Positions 12,815 through 26,497 of a DNA stretch of 64,000 nt are shown one piece after another (position 1 is the stretch's first letter; every line of letters begins with the position of its first letter). A program made the position numbers and the translations under genes. The notes under the pieces are model-generated. The model had not been told where the DNA came from. It worked only from the letters and a program-made list of their open reading frames with translations, and did not search any database. Source of the stretch: Octopus sinensis (taxonomy: Eukaryota); the NCBI RefSeq assembly GCF_006345805.1, contig NC_043011.1, positions 53,766,464-53,830,463 of the forward strand, in the 5' to 3' direction.

Positions 12815-13530
12815 TTTCCTTCCATTCTTCCTTTCTTTCTTTCTCCTCCCTTCATATCCCTTTTTGTTCTTTAAATTCTTCCTTCCTCCCCACCTTCCTT
12901 CCCTCCTTTCTTTCCTTCCTTCCTTCCTTCCTTCTATCCTTCCTTCCTTCCTTCCTCCCTTCCCTCCTTTCTTTCCTTCCTTCCTTCCATCCTTCCTTCC
13001 TCCCACCCTTCCTTCCTTCCTTCCTTCCTTCCTTCCTTCCATCCATCCATCCTTCTTCCCTTCCTTCCTTCCTTCCTTCCTTCCTTCCTTCCTTCCATCT
13101 TTCCTTCTTTCCTTCCTTCCTTTCTTTTTTCTTTTAAGATTTTTGTTCTGTTTCCTTTGTTTCTTTATTTTTCTATAATCTTTTCCTTCCATCCTTCCTT
13201 CCTTCCTTCCCTCCTTTCCTTCCTCCGTTCCTCCCTTCCTTCCTTCCTTCCTCCCTCCCCACCCCCCCTTCCTTCCTTCCTTCCTCCCACCCTTCCTTTC
13301 TTCCTTCCTCCCACCCTTCCTTCCTTCCATCCTTCCTTCCCTCCTTCCTCCATCCCTCCCCCTCCCTCCCTTCCTTCCTTCCTTCCTTCCTTCCTTCCTT
13401 CCTCCCTTCCTTCCTTCCTTCCATCCATCCATCCTTCCCTCCTTCCTTCCTTCTTTCCTTCCTCCCATTCCTTCCTTCCTTCCTTCCTTCCATCTATCCA
13501 TCCTTTCTCCCTTCCTTCCTCCCTTCCTTG
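12815..13530. repeat. Polypyrimidine (TTCC)n tract
   Basis: Direct inspection; source of the GRKE and PSFL ORFs. Confidence 0.97.
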
Positions 13531-15903
13531 CCCTACATTACATTCAGCTGCTCCATTAACGGACACTTTATAAAACTGACAGAGTCTCTATCAATGAACG
13601 ATCAGCAGTCCATTTCCTTACACCAAACTGTCATATTCCAATCATATTCCACAGACTTCTCAATCAGTGGACATCCATCATATTGTGGCTTCACCTTCAA
13701 GGCCTTTTGTTCTTCACATCAACCCCTACAAATACCTATTTGCTATATAGCTTATTGATCTATTTCTTACCGATTGGCCAAGTTAGCATTTTGATACGGC
13801 ATCAGATATTTTTTTTTGTATATATATCTAACTGGCAGTGTTGTGTAGAATGCATAAATGCACAAACGAAGACAGGGACACAGAAGCAGACGAGGGTGTA
13901 TATATTTATACATATGAGCACACGCATGCACACACATGTACACGCATGTACACATACACAGGTTCATACTCACATGGATGTGCTCACACTTTCACACACA
14001 CATGCATACATGTGGTATGTTCTTGCACACACATGCATGCAGTTATTCACATATGCATCATCATCATCGTTTAACGTCCGCTTTCCATGCTAGCATGGGT
14101 TGGACGATTTGACTGAGGACTGAAAACCAGATGGCGTGTGTGAATCCATGTTCTCACACATGCACTCACATGCAAACACATGCATGAATGCACTCACACT
14201 TTCACAAACACACTTATATACACATACATGCACATGCATATACGCATACATACATACATCCGCATACACTCTCGTAAACACACTCATAAACAACCATCCA
14301 CATGATCACACACCTATACATACATGCATGCACTTACACTTAGACACACACACACACATACACACACACATACAACACAGACACAGACATCACTTCACAT
14401 ACACAGATGCACACAAGCTTAGTTGTATCGACATGCACACACACACACACACAATCACATACACACAATCACACATACACACACACAGACATCATCTCAC
14501 ATACATACAGATACACAGAAGCATGCATAGACTCACATGCACAAACACACACACACACACATACACACACACAACACATACACAGACATCACCTCACATA
14601 CACAGATGCACACAAGCATGCATGCACCCACATGCTCTCTCTCTCTCTCTCTCACACACACAATTACACCTACACACACACACATACATACACACACAGA
14701 TGCACATACAGTGATCTGCTTCACACCAGTTTCCATCTACAAAGCCCCACTCATGAAATATTGGTCATGCTCCTACCTATAATGATAAAAACTCCTTGAA
14801 CTAGTGTGCCATGGAGTAGGAACAGCTCCAGAACATCACAGTGAAGCAAAATTCTTAACGTCCCCATCCTTTCTGCCCCTACAAAGTAAGAAAGTGAAGT
14901 TCCTTCCTGAGATATCATCATCATCATCATCATCATCATCGTTTAGCATCCGCTTTCCATGCTGGCATGGGTTGGACGGTGCAACTGGGGTCTGGGAAGC
15001 CAGAAGGCTGCACCAGGCCCAGTCTGATCTGGCAATGTTTCTACAGCTGAATGCCCTTCCTAACGCCAACCACTCCATGAGTGTAGTGGGTGCTTTTTAC
15101 GTGCCAGACGAGGCTGGCAAACGGCCAGTCGGGGCGGCGCTGGCAACGGCCACGTTCGGATGGTTCTCTTATGTGCCGCCGGCACTGGTATCACAGCTAC
15201 AATTTCCATTGATGCTGATTGATTTTGATTTTTGATTTTGATTTTGATTTTGATTTTCACTTGCCTCAACAGGTCTTCACAAGTAGAGTTTTGTGTCCCA
15301 AGAAGGAAAGGTATCATAGGGACTGGCTTCTTGGTTCCATGGTGTATATATTCCCAGCCTGGATGGGAACCCAGTCTGTTGTAGGATTACTCATATCTGC
15401 CAGCTGGAGCAATGTTAACTGAAGTATGTTTTGCTCAAGAACACGGTCTGGGAATCGAAACCACAATCTTACGATCACGAGTCCAACACCCTAACCACTA
15501 AGCCATGCGCTTCCATTCTTGCACCTGTAAATGTGGAGAAATTATTGGTGTTTCAGTGTAAAGGAATTCTACAGAATTCTCACTGAAGTCAATATCACTT
15601 TAAAAGCTGATCATTAATTCATTCTATTCCTGTGCTAAATAATGGTAGGGGCTCACATAATAAAATGACAATGAATCAGCAGGAAAGTTAGTAAACAGCA
15701 GATTTGCAGAGCAGCAGAAAATGTCATGGGATAATATATTGCAAAGCCAGGTGTTAAAGGAATTCTGTCTTGGAGGCAAACACTGATGTAATGATTCAGC
15801 TTCTTAATTGGTGCAATATTCTGAGATGAAACAGATACAATGCATTTGCATAAATGGATCTAACTACACGTTTGTGTTATCTACATATTTATTAATTCAT
15901 GAA

Positions 15904-15942
<39 letters not shown>

Positions 15943-16094
15943 CTATGTATATATGTGTGTGTAAGTATGTGTGTATGTATGTATCTATACATCTTTCTTT
16001 TTTTCTTTCTTTTTCTCTCTCTCTATTTATCTATCTATCTATCTACCTACCTACCTGTCTGTCTGTCTGTCTAATTTATCCATCTATATATCTA

Positions 16095-16176
<82 letters not shown>

Positions 16177-16277
16177 CCTACCTCCATCCGTCTATCTATC
16201 TATTCACCCATCCATCTATCTATCCACCCATCCATCTAGCTATCTATCTATCTGTCTGTCTATCTGTCTGGCCGGCC

Positions 16278-16319
<42 letters not shown>

Positions 16320-16742
16320 ATCTATCTATCTATCTATCTAACCACCTGTGTGTCCATCATCAATTTATTGTGTTGTTTGGGCGCACTGTTAAGCTCTGTA
16401 CATTTGCACATAACATAGAGGGTAATGATTGATCTTTACCAAGGTACACAGTACAGAGAGATGAAAACTGATGGGAAGAAACGGAGAGCAATGCAGAAGA
16501 TGGCAGGGTGGTGGAGCAGATGAAGAAAGGGGTATAATTCGGGGAAGGATGAGTTCCACCTGGCTTGCTTGCTCCAGAAAAATTACATCAAAATGATGTA
16601 AAAGAAAGTATTTTCCGATGCTTCGATGCTTCAGCTTCTTATAACTCAATGGGTTATGAAAGTGACAGCATTGAATGATGTGTAGCAATAATAACTTGAC
16701 CCCTACCAAAGTATAAAGTCCTAAGTCTGATGTCCTACTCAC

Positions 16743-16762
16743 CTAATTACATTGCTGTACAA
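16743..16762 (-). CDS. Candidate 20-nt minus-strand microexon (LYSNVI-R/S)
   Basis: Minus strand reads ctttcttttcttatcttttaatattttag|TTGTACAGCAATGTAATTAG|gtgagt, with a strong acceptor and a strong donor. Confidence 0.3.
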
Positions 16763-17604
16763 CTAAAATATTAAAAGATAAGAAAAGAAAGCAAATATCC
16801 CGCAGAAGAAACATGAAATATAAACCCAAAGAAAAATGTGTTACACTTATCCCCGGTATTTATTATGTGTGGTGTTTTTATTTTCTTTTTGGCATTGGTT
16901 TGTCATCATCAAAGAGAGAATTTTATGTCAGTAATTCAGTTTGTCTGCTAAAAGTATTTCCATTGAATAAACACAGCAGAAATGATTATCTGCTTGACCT
17001 CATTCAACTTCATTTTGTTGCTGATGGAAAATTGGTAAAACATAAAGAGTCAGTTCGGAGTTTGATTGCTGGCATTCATCCAAAAATATGGTTTCTTTCC
17101 TTATCTAGAACAATCGGTGGCCAACACAATAAAACAGTAACAAAAAAAAAAAAAAGAGGTTGTGGTGGTGGTGGGGGCTTCTTTAGCGGAAAGGAAAAAA
17201 CGGTACAATACATCAATCAACCCCCTACATCAGCAGCAAAAGTATCTAGAATGTATTTTGAATGAGATTCTGTGGTTAAGAGGCCTAATAATTTAGAGGT
17301 CATGGCTTCTGGACAATTGACCACATGCTCATAAATTGAAATATATTGCAGCCATTGTGTTTGTTGTACAACTGAGCAAAGCACATAACTCTTTGGTCAG
17401 GAGGTCGCGGGTGGGTGGGGGTGGGGGTGGAATGTAGGGGGTGTAGGGGTGTGGGAGTTCGGTGGTGTAGAGGGAGAGGTGAAATGCTGGTTGTTGTTGT
17501 TGCTGTTGCTGTTAAGCTCCAAGTCAGCCATTAGCCAGCAGATCTGTGATTAAAAGTATTTTGTCTGTGACTACTCACCTTTTTTCATAAGCAGCGTATC
17601 TAGG

Positions 17605-17741
17605 ATTCATCGTCATCGTCATCATCATCATCTTCATCATCATCATCATCACCACCACCACCACACCACACCACCATCATCATCATCATCATCATCACCA
17701 CCACCACCACCACCACCACCATCACCACCACCACCACCACC

Positions 17742-17789
<48 letters not shown>

Positions 17790-18150
17790 GTCGTCGTCGT
17801 CGTCGTCATCATCATCATCACCTGTGCTGTCATTGTCATCGTTGTCATCATCATTATCATTATTACCACTGTCATCATCACCATCGTCACCAACTCCATC
17901 AATTATAGACATCAGCATCCTCTTCATCCTCATCCTCATCATCACCTCTACTGTCATCATCATCATCATCATCACCACTGCTGTCATCCTCATCGTCATC
18001 ATCGTTTTTGTCATCATCATCATTGTTGTTGTCATCGTTATCATTTTCATTTTCGTTGTCGTCATTGTCATCATCATCGTCATCATCATCATCCTCATCA
18101 TCATCATCATCATTTTCATCTCTACTGCCATCATAATCATCACCATAAGC
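17605..18150. repeat. Compound (CAT)n/(CAC)n microsatellite
   Basis: Direct inspection. Confidence 0.97.
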
Positions 18151-18582
18151 TTCTAAATAGTAATATTAATGATAATTCTTTCAAATGTTGACGCAAGGCC
18201 AGCAGTTTTATGGGAGTACATCAACCCCTGTACTCAACTGGCACTCATTTTACCAACCCAGATACAATGAAACACAAAGTGAACTTTGGCGGAATTTGAA
18301 CTCAAAACATAACAAGGTAGAAGAAATACTGCAAGGTATCTTGTCCAACACACTAATGATTCTGCCAGTTGCTGCCTTAATAATAATAATAATAATAATG
18401 ATAATAATGATAATAATAATAATAATAAAGCACCCACTACACTCGCGGAGTGGTTGGCGTTAGGAAGGGCATCCAGCTGTAGAAACACTGCCAGATCAGA
18501 CTGGAGCCTGGAGCAGCCCCTGGCTCCCCAGACCCCGGTCGAACCGTCCAACCCGTGCTAGCGCGGAAAACGGACTTTAAAC

Positions 18583-18621
<39 letters not shown>

Positions 18622-18645
18622 AATGATAATGATAATAATAATAAT

Positions 18646-18816
18646 TGCCTGAAATTAGCACAACACGAATACAAAAGACGTGATGACAATGTGGCAAAAA
18701 TGATCCCTTGAGAGCTCTGTGGAAATCACGGCCTACAAAAAGCAAAGATGTGGTATGAGAAAAATGTGAGAAACCACAGAAGGAGTCCCTGAGAATGAAA
18801 ATTGCAAAATTCTGAA
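18646..18816 (+). mobile_element. R4/Dong-like LINE fragment abutting (TAA)n
   Basis: CLKLAQHEYKRRDDNVAKMIP*ELCGNHGLQKAKMWYE...ENENCKIL. Confidence 0.8.
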
Positions 18817-19144
18817 GTGGAAGAAAGACTTATAATGGGAATATTCATCTATTAACCGATGTCACAATTTGTTTGAATATTGCCCATGTGATCAACAAAA
18901 TTTGACCAATCACAGTTTGTATGGGATAGGCTCTAGCAATAATTTCGTTTTTTTTGTGTGTGCTTCCTTCTGAGCCTATCAACCAGTATAAATTCGACAT
19001 GCCATGACTACTTGACAGAAAGCTTTGGGAATGCAGCAAATAGAGAGAGTATTGATAGACACTATTGGAGTTTGGCCAACAGAGACAGTAGACAGCAGCT
19101 GACAACACAAACGCAATGAACAGTCAGAAAATGGATGACATTAA

Positions 19145-19363
19145 CCCTTTGGTATTTAAACCGGCCATATGCGGCCAAAATATTTAATCTGTTTTATGTT
19201 CAAACTGACCAGATCCAGGCCCTCACACCTACCCTACAATGTTATTCTACATTAAGTAATTACACCATCAAGATCTTGAAGGTAGGAGATAATGCATGAT
19301 TAATTCAAATCAATGGGAATCAATAAGCGTTATGTTTGATAAAATAATCTGAACGCTAAAGGG
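19145..19363. mobile_element. piggyBac-type MITE
   Basis: TTAA|CCCTTT...AAAGGG|TTAA; paralog of 3826-4044. Confidence 0.88.
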
Positions 19364-22300
19364 TTAAAAGTTAGCAGCCAGCAAGCAACTAACAACCAAA
19401 TTCAAGGTGAGGAAGAATGTGACTATTAGTAATGAGACAAGGGTAGTTTACCATTCTTGGGAATGGATTCACTGTCATAGATTGTGAAAGATCTCTATGT
19501 AGGGAGAAAGTTTAAGGAGCTTGAAGAGAAAAGAATCTTGCTCTTGAAGGTAATGGAATGGTCTGTTAACTTCAGGCTCTTTGTTAAATTAACGTGATGA
19601 AGGATATAGAATTAGCAGTATTTGAGCTGACAAAGGGGCATTGGATAAAGATTCTTAGCAGCATTTCTTCTGGTTTTTTACATTCTGAGTTCAAGTTCTG
19701 CTAAGGTCAACATCACCTTTTAGCCTTTAGAGGTTGACAAAATATGTACCAATTTAGCCCTGGGGTCAATGTAATCGACTGACATGTCTGCCTTAAAAAT
19801 TGTTGGCCTTGTGCTAAAATTAGAAACAATCATTTGAGTTAGCAGAGTTACTAGAGTTATTTAAAAAAAATTTTTTATTGCCCACAAGGGGTTAAACATA
19901 GAGGGGACAAACAAGGGCAGACAAAGGAATTAAGTTGATTACATCAACCCCAGTGCGTAACTGGTACTTAATTTATCGACCCCGAAAGGATGAAAGGCAA
20001 AGTCGACCTCAGCAGAATTTGAACTCAGAACGTAGCAGCAGATGAAATACCACTAAGCATTTCACCCAGTGTGCTAACGTTTCTGCTAGCTTGCCGCCAG
20101 AGTTACAAGAGTATTGGATAAAATGCTTTACAGCATTTCTTCTGACAAGCCGGCATCACCCATCTCTACAGCCTTTCATCCTATTCTTCTGATACAGTTC
20201 CTTATGTCTGCATCATCCCCTTCACAGCTCCTCTCCCCAACCTTCTTTTGATAAAACCATTTCCTTGTGGTATGCGTCTTGCTTCTATAAACATCTTAAT
20301 ACAAGTAAGCCTCTGAGACCTTGTTATTTTTTTATTTTTATTCCGAGTTCAAATCCTATCAGCTTTGCCTTTCATCCTGTTAGGATCAATAATATAAAGT
20401 ATGAACCTAGTCCTGGCTTTGAGGGTACTGGCTACCCCAACTTCACTCAAAACTGCTTGTGTTGTGTTTAAATCAGAAACCATTATTTTCATGTAATTTA
20501 AGACAGTGGAATGGCAGAATCATTAATGTGTCTGAGAAAATGCCTTGTGGTATTTGTTTTGGGCCTTTAGATTCTAAGTTCGAATCTCTCAGAAGCCACC
20601 TTTACTTTTCATCCTTCTAGGGTCAATAAAATAAGGTAGCAGTTATATACTGGAATCAATGTAAGCAGCAGTTCTTTCTCCAAAATTTCTAGCTTTCTGT
20701 ATTTGTTAGAAATTATTTCTGTTTAAGGCACAGGAGTGGCTGTGTGGTAAGTAGCTTGCTTACCAGCCACATGGTTCTGGGTTCATTCCCACTGCAAGGC
20801 ACCTTGGGCAAGTGTCTTCTACTACAGCCTCAGGCCGACCAAAGTCTTGTGAGTGGATTTGGTAGACAGAAACTGAAAGAAGCCCGTTGTATATATGTAT
20901 ATGTATATATATATGTGCGTGTGTGTTTGTGTGTCTGTGTTTGTCCTCCGAACATCACTTGACAACCGATGCTGGTGTGTTTACGTCTCCGTAAGTTAGC
21001 GGTTCGGCAAAAGAAACAGATAGAATAAGTACTAGGCTTACAAAGAATAAGTCCTGGGGTCGATTTGCTCGACAAAAGGCAGTGCTCCAGCATGGCTGCA
21101 GTCAAATGACTGAAACAAGTAAAAGAGTAAAAGAGTATGTGTCTATTGAAAATTTTGTAATTCCCCTGTGTGGACAAGTGTCTTCTACTATAGCTCCAGG
21201 CAGACCAGTGCCTTGTGAGTGAATTTGGTTGCCAGAAACTGTGTGGAAGTCCATCATATACATATATATATATATAATACACACACACACACATACACAT
21301 ACATGCACACGCACACACACACAGACACACACACATATATACCTTTTATCTTTTACTTGTTTTGGTCATTAGACTGTGGCCATGCTGGGGCACTGACTTG
21401 AAGAGGTTTTTGTCAAACAAATCCCCCTCAGACTTGTTATTTCTTTTAAAGCCTGGTACTTATTCAATCAGTCCCTTTTGCTGAACTGCTAAATTATAAG
21501 GATGTAAACACACCAACACAGATACAAAGACACGCATATGTGCACACACACACACACACGTACACACACATGTGCGTGCACACTCGTACACACATGTACA
21601 TATATGTTTCTTTATTACCCACAAGGGGCTAAACATAGAGGGGACAAAGAAGGTCAGACAGACAGATTAAGTCGATTATATCGACCCCAGTGCATAACTG
21701 GTACTTAATTTATCGACTCCAAAAGGATGAAAGGCAAAGTCAAAATACGGCTACGCATTTCGCCCGGCGTGCTAACGGTTCTGCCAGTTCGCCGCCTTTT
21801 ATGTACATATATTACAGTCTTCTTTCAGTTTCTATCTATCAAATCCACTCACAAGGCTTTGGTCAGCTCGAGGTTATTGTAGAAGACATTTGTCCAAGGT
21901 GCCATGCCGTGGAACTGAACCCAAAACCACAGACCCACAGCTGTACCTGTGATAATAATTCCTCTCCAAAATATAATTCATAAGGGAAGCTGCACTCCTA
22001 CTGGCATAGTCATGCAGGAAAAAACTTTATATTTCATTTTTAAAATTCGGGTGATTAAACTAAAAAAAAAAAATAAATAAATTAGGCGCAGGAGTGGCTG
22101 TGTGGTAAGTAGCTTGCTAACCAACCACATGGTTCTGGGTTCAGTCCCACTGCGTGGCATCTTGGGCAAGTGTCTTCTGCTATAGCCCCGGGCTGACCAA
22201 TGCCTTGTGAGTGGATTTGGTAGACGGAAACTGAAAGAAGCCTGTCGTATATATGTATATATATATGTGTGTTTGTGTGTCTGTGTAAGTCCCCCTAGCA

Positions 22301-23069
22301 TTGCTTGACAACCGATGCTGGTGTGTTTACGTCCCCGTCACTTAGCAGTTCGGCAAAAAGAGACCGATAGAATAAGTACTCAGCTTACAAAGAATAAGTC
22401 CCGGTGTCGATTTGTTCGACTAAAGGCGGTGCTCCAGCATGGCCGCAGTCAAATGACTGAAACAAGTAAAAGAGAAAAGAGTAAAGAGTAAAATAATGGT
22501 TAATTTGTGCAGATTTTGGATTAATTGCAGAAATTTATAGAAGCACAATCAATTACAATTCCAGTTCTAGGAAGATAAGGAAGATATTAAACAGTTCCAC
22601 CTTATACTTTTACAGTTCCATGAAAAGGTCAATATTTCCATTTCTCTTTTATAGTTCAGGATTATGTCATATCATCATTTCCACTTCCCCACTTTACCGT
22701 TCCAGCAATAGATCAATATTTCCACTTTACTTTACTGTTAGAACTCGGGAAGATGTCTGTATTTCCAATTTCCCACTTATAGTTCTAGCAATAAATCAAT
22801 ATTCACCCCACCCCCCCTCAACCACTCCCACCTCCCACACCTACTTAACTGTAGAGTTCCAGGAACAGACTGACATTTTTAGTCACCTACCCAACCCCCC
22901 ATCCCCACCAGCTTATATAATTCTTGAACCAGACCGTTTCCACTTCTCCATTTTTGTATTTTCATGAACCGATCGACAGAAGAAACTTTCGGAATCAACT
23001 TCTGTTAGTTTATCTCTTTTATCAGAGACAGACTTCAACAATTACTTAATTGGACAAGCTTTTAACAAG

Positions 23070-23290
23070 CCCACGTCATCCATTCCACATCTCTCTGTCT
23101 GTCCTTTGATGGAATTCTCAAACAAGTCCACATTATCTTCTCTACATCCCGCCATCTCCTCTGATGGAATCCCTAAGCAAACTCACATCATCCATCTCCA
23201 CAGCCCTCCATCTCCTTCTCAAATACAGCTCCTTATGTCCACATCATCCCCTTCACAGCTCCTTTCTCCAACCTTTTCCTAATAGAATAA
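23070..23290 (-). mobile_element. RTE-type LINE 3' fragment (related piece at ~20150-20260)
   Basis: Minus strand resembles an RTE ORF end (...ENSIKGQTERCGMDDV); a similar segment recurs at 20.2 kb. Confidence 0.55.
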
Positions 23291-24303
23291 TTTCCTTGTG
23301 GTCTGTGTCTTGCTTCTGTAAACATCATTATACAAATAAATTTCTGACTGAGACCTCATTATTATTTTCTCCTTATTCTGATGACAGCAAAAATAATAAT
23401 GGTTTCAAAATTTGGCACAAGGCCAATAATTTTATGGGAGGAGACAAGTCAATTACAATGACCCCAGTACTGAAATGGTAATTATTTTATCAACCCCAAA
23501 AGGATGGAAAACAAAGTTAACCTTGGCAGAATTTAAACTCAGAACAATAAACCGGATGAAATGCTGCGTAGCATTTTGCCCAGCGTGGTAACAGTTCTGC
23601 CAACACATCATCTTCTGCATACAAAATGATGGCTTCAAATTTTGGCACAAACCAATAATTTTATGGGCGGTGATAAGTCAATTAATTACATTGACCTTAG
23701 TACTGAACTTGTTCTTGTTTTATTGACCCCAAAAGGGTGAAAGGCAAAGCTGACATCACAGGAATTTCAACTCAGATTTTGGTACAAGGCCAGTAATCTC
23801 ATGGGAGGGAACGAGTCGATTACATTGACCCCCAGTTTTGAAATGGTACTTATTTTATCAAACCCGAAAAGTCGAAAAGTAAAGTCAACCTTGACGGAAT
23901 TTAGACTCCGAACAATAAACCAGATGAAATGCTACGAAGCATTTTGCCCGACATTCTAAAGATTCAGCCAGCTTATTGCCTTCTGCATACAAAATAATGA
24001 TTCCAAGTTTTGGCACAAAACCAGTAATTTTGTGGGTGGGGATAAGTCAAATTACATTGATCCCAGTACTGAAACAGTTCTTATTCTTTTCTGCTCTAGG
24101 CACAAGGCCCGAAATTTTGGGGAGTGGGGACAGTTGATTAGATTGACCCCAGTACACAACTGGCTCTTAATTAATCGACCCAGAAAGGATGAAAGGCAAA
24201 GTTGACCTCGGTGGAATTTGAACTCAGAACAGAAAGACAGACGAAATACCGCTAAGTATTTTGCCTGGCGTGCTAATGTTTCTGCCAGCTTGCTTCCTTA
24301 AAA

Positions 24304-24790
24304 CAATATTCTTTTCTACTCTAGGCACAAGGCCTGAAATTTTTGGGGAGGGGGCCAGTCGATTAGATCAACCCCAGTATGTAACCAGTTCTTAATTTAT
24401 TGATCAAGTCGACCTTGGCGGGATTTGAACTCACAACATAAAGACAGATGAAATACCAACTAAGCATTTTGTCTGGCAGGCTAACGTATCTGTCAGCTTG
24501 CCACCTTAAAGCAATATTCTTTTCTACTCTAGGCACAAGGCCTGAAATTTTTGGGGAGGGGGCCAGTCGATTAGATCAACCCCAGTATGTAACCAGTTCT
24601 TAATTTATTGATCAAGTCGACCTTGGCGGGATTTGAACTCACAACATAAAGACAGATGAAATACCAACTAAGCATTTTGTCTGGCAGGCTAACGTATCTG
24701 TCAGCTTGCCACCTTAAAGCAATATTCTTTTCTACTCTAGGCACAAGGCCTGAAATTTTTGGGGAGGGGGCCAGTCGATTAGAGCAACCC
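24304..24790 (-). repeat. Tandem 208-bp SINE-derived units (2 full plus 1 partial)
   Basis: caatattcttttctactctaggcacaagg starts at 24304, 24512 and 24720. Confidence 0.93.
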
Positions 24791-25417
24791 CAGAACGCAA
24801 CTAGTTCTTAATTTATCAACCCCGAAAGGATGAAAGGCAAAGTCAACCTCAGGAGAATTTGAACTCAGAATGTAAAGATTGATGAAATACTTATTTCTTT
24901 ATAACCCACAAGGGGCTAAACACAGAGGGGACAAACAAGGACAGACATAGGTATTAAGTCGATTACATCGACCCCAGTGTGTAACTGGTACTTAATTTAT
25001 CGACCCTGAAAGGATGAAAGGCAAAGTCGACCTCGGCGGAATTTGAACTCACATCGTAACAGCAGACGAAATACGGCTAAGCATTTCGCCCGGCGTACTA
25101 ACGTTTCTGCCAGCTCACCGCCTTAAATGGATATTAAGATGAAATACTGTTAAACATTTCACCTGGCATGCGAACATTTCTGCCAGCTCACTGCTTTTGA
25201 AATGGTTCTAATTGACCCCGAAAGAGTGAAAGGCAAAGTAGACATCGGCAGAACCCAACGCCAGATGAAATGCTGCTAAACATTTGGCCCAGTATGCTGC
25301 TCATCACTTTCTGTCAACTCATCACATTCTGCATACTAAACAAAGGCTTTGAATTTTGGCACAAGGCCAGCAATTTTGCAGGAGGAGATAAATTGATTAC
25401 ATCAACCTCATTACAGA

Positions 25418-26497
25418 ACTGGTTCTTATTTTATTGACCCCCAAAAGGGTGAAGGACAAAGTTGACATTGGCAGAATTTAAACTCAGATTTTGGTGCAAA
25501 GCCAGTAATTTTGTGGGATGGTTTAAGCTGATTACATTGGCCCACCACTGAAATGGTTCTTATTTTATCGACCCCAAAAGGGTGAAGGACAAAGTTGACA
25601 TTGGCAGAATTTAAACTCAGATTTTGGTGCAAAGCCAGTAATTTTGTGGGATGGTTTAAGCTGATTACATTGGCCCACCACTGAAATGGTTCTTATTTTA
25701 TCGACCCCAAAAGGGTGAAGAACAAAGTTGACGTTGGCAGAATTTAAACTCAGATTTTGGTGCAAAGCCAGTAATTTTGTGGGATGGTTTAAGCTGATTA
25801 CATTGGCCCACCACTGAAATGGTTCTTATTTTATCGACCCCAAAAGGGTGAAGAACAAAGTTGACGTTGGCAGAATTTAAACTCAGATTTTGGTGCAAAG
25901 CCAGTAATTTTGTGGGATGGTTTAAGCTGATTACATTGGCCCACCACTGAAATGGTTCTTATTTTATCGACCCCAAAAGGGTGAAGAACAAAGTTGACGG
26001 CAGAATTTAAACTCAGATTTTGGTGCAAAGCCAGTAATTTTGTGGGATGGTTTAAGCTGATTACATTGGCCCACCACTGAAATGGTTCTTATTTTATCGA
26101 CCCCAAAAGGGTGAAGGACAAAGTTGACATTGGCAGAATTTAAACTCAGATTTTGGTGCAAAGCCAGTAATTTTGTGGGATGGTTTAAGCTGATTACATT
26201 GGCCCACCACTGAAATGGTTCTTATTTTATCGACCCCAAAAGGGTGAAGAACAAAGTTGACATTGGCAGAATTTAAACTCAGATTTTGGTGCAAAGCCAG
26301 TAATTTTGTGGGATGGTTTAAGCTGATTACATTGGCCCACCACTGAAATGGTTCTTATTTTATCGACCCCAAAAGGGTGAAGAACAAAGTTGACGTTGGC
26401 AGAATTTAAACTCAGATTTTGGTGCAAAGCCAGTAATTTTGTGGGATGGTTTAAGCTGATTACATTGGCCTACCACTGAAATGGTTCTTATTTTATG
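25418..26497. repeat. Tandem array of a 133-bp SINE-derived monomer, ~8 copies
   Basis: Unit attttatcgaccccaaaagggtgaag(g/a)acaaagttgac(a/g)ttggcagaatttaaactcagattttggtgcaaagccag... with period 133 (one unit 130). Confidence 0.97.

Noticed and set aside
12746-13573. Long ORFs up to 251 aa (GRKE/PSFL repeats), and similar ORFs at 6.4-7.2, 17.6-18.1, 28-32, 41.4-42.2 and 48-48.9 kb
   Set aside because: They are translations of microsatellites and purine tracts, open in several frames on both strands.
17560-17600. Strong minus-strand donor AAG|gtgagt
   Set aside because: It lies in a decayed dispersed-repeat fragment and is preceded by microsatellite, with no plausible exon.
25418-26497. CRISPR interpretation of the 133-bp, 84-bp and 73-bp arrays
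   Set aside because: The context is eukaryotic and has no cas genes. The 133-bp and 84-bp units are identical along their whole length with no spacers; the 73-bp array has uneven spacing and degenerate cores.
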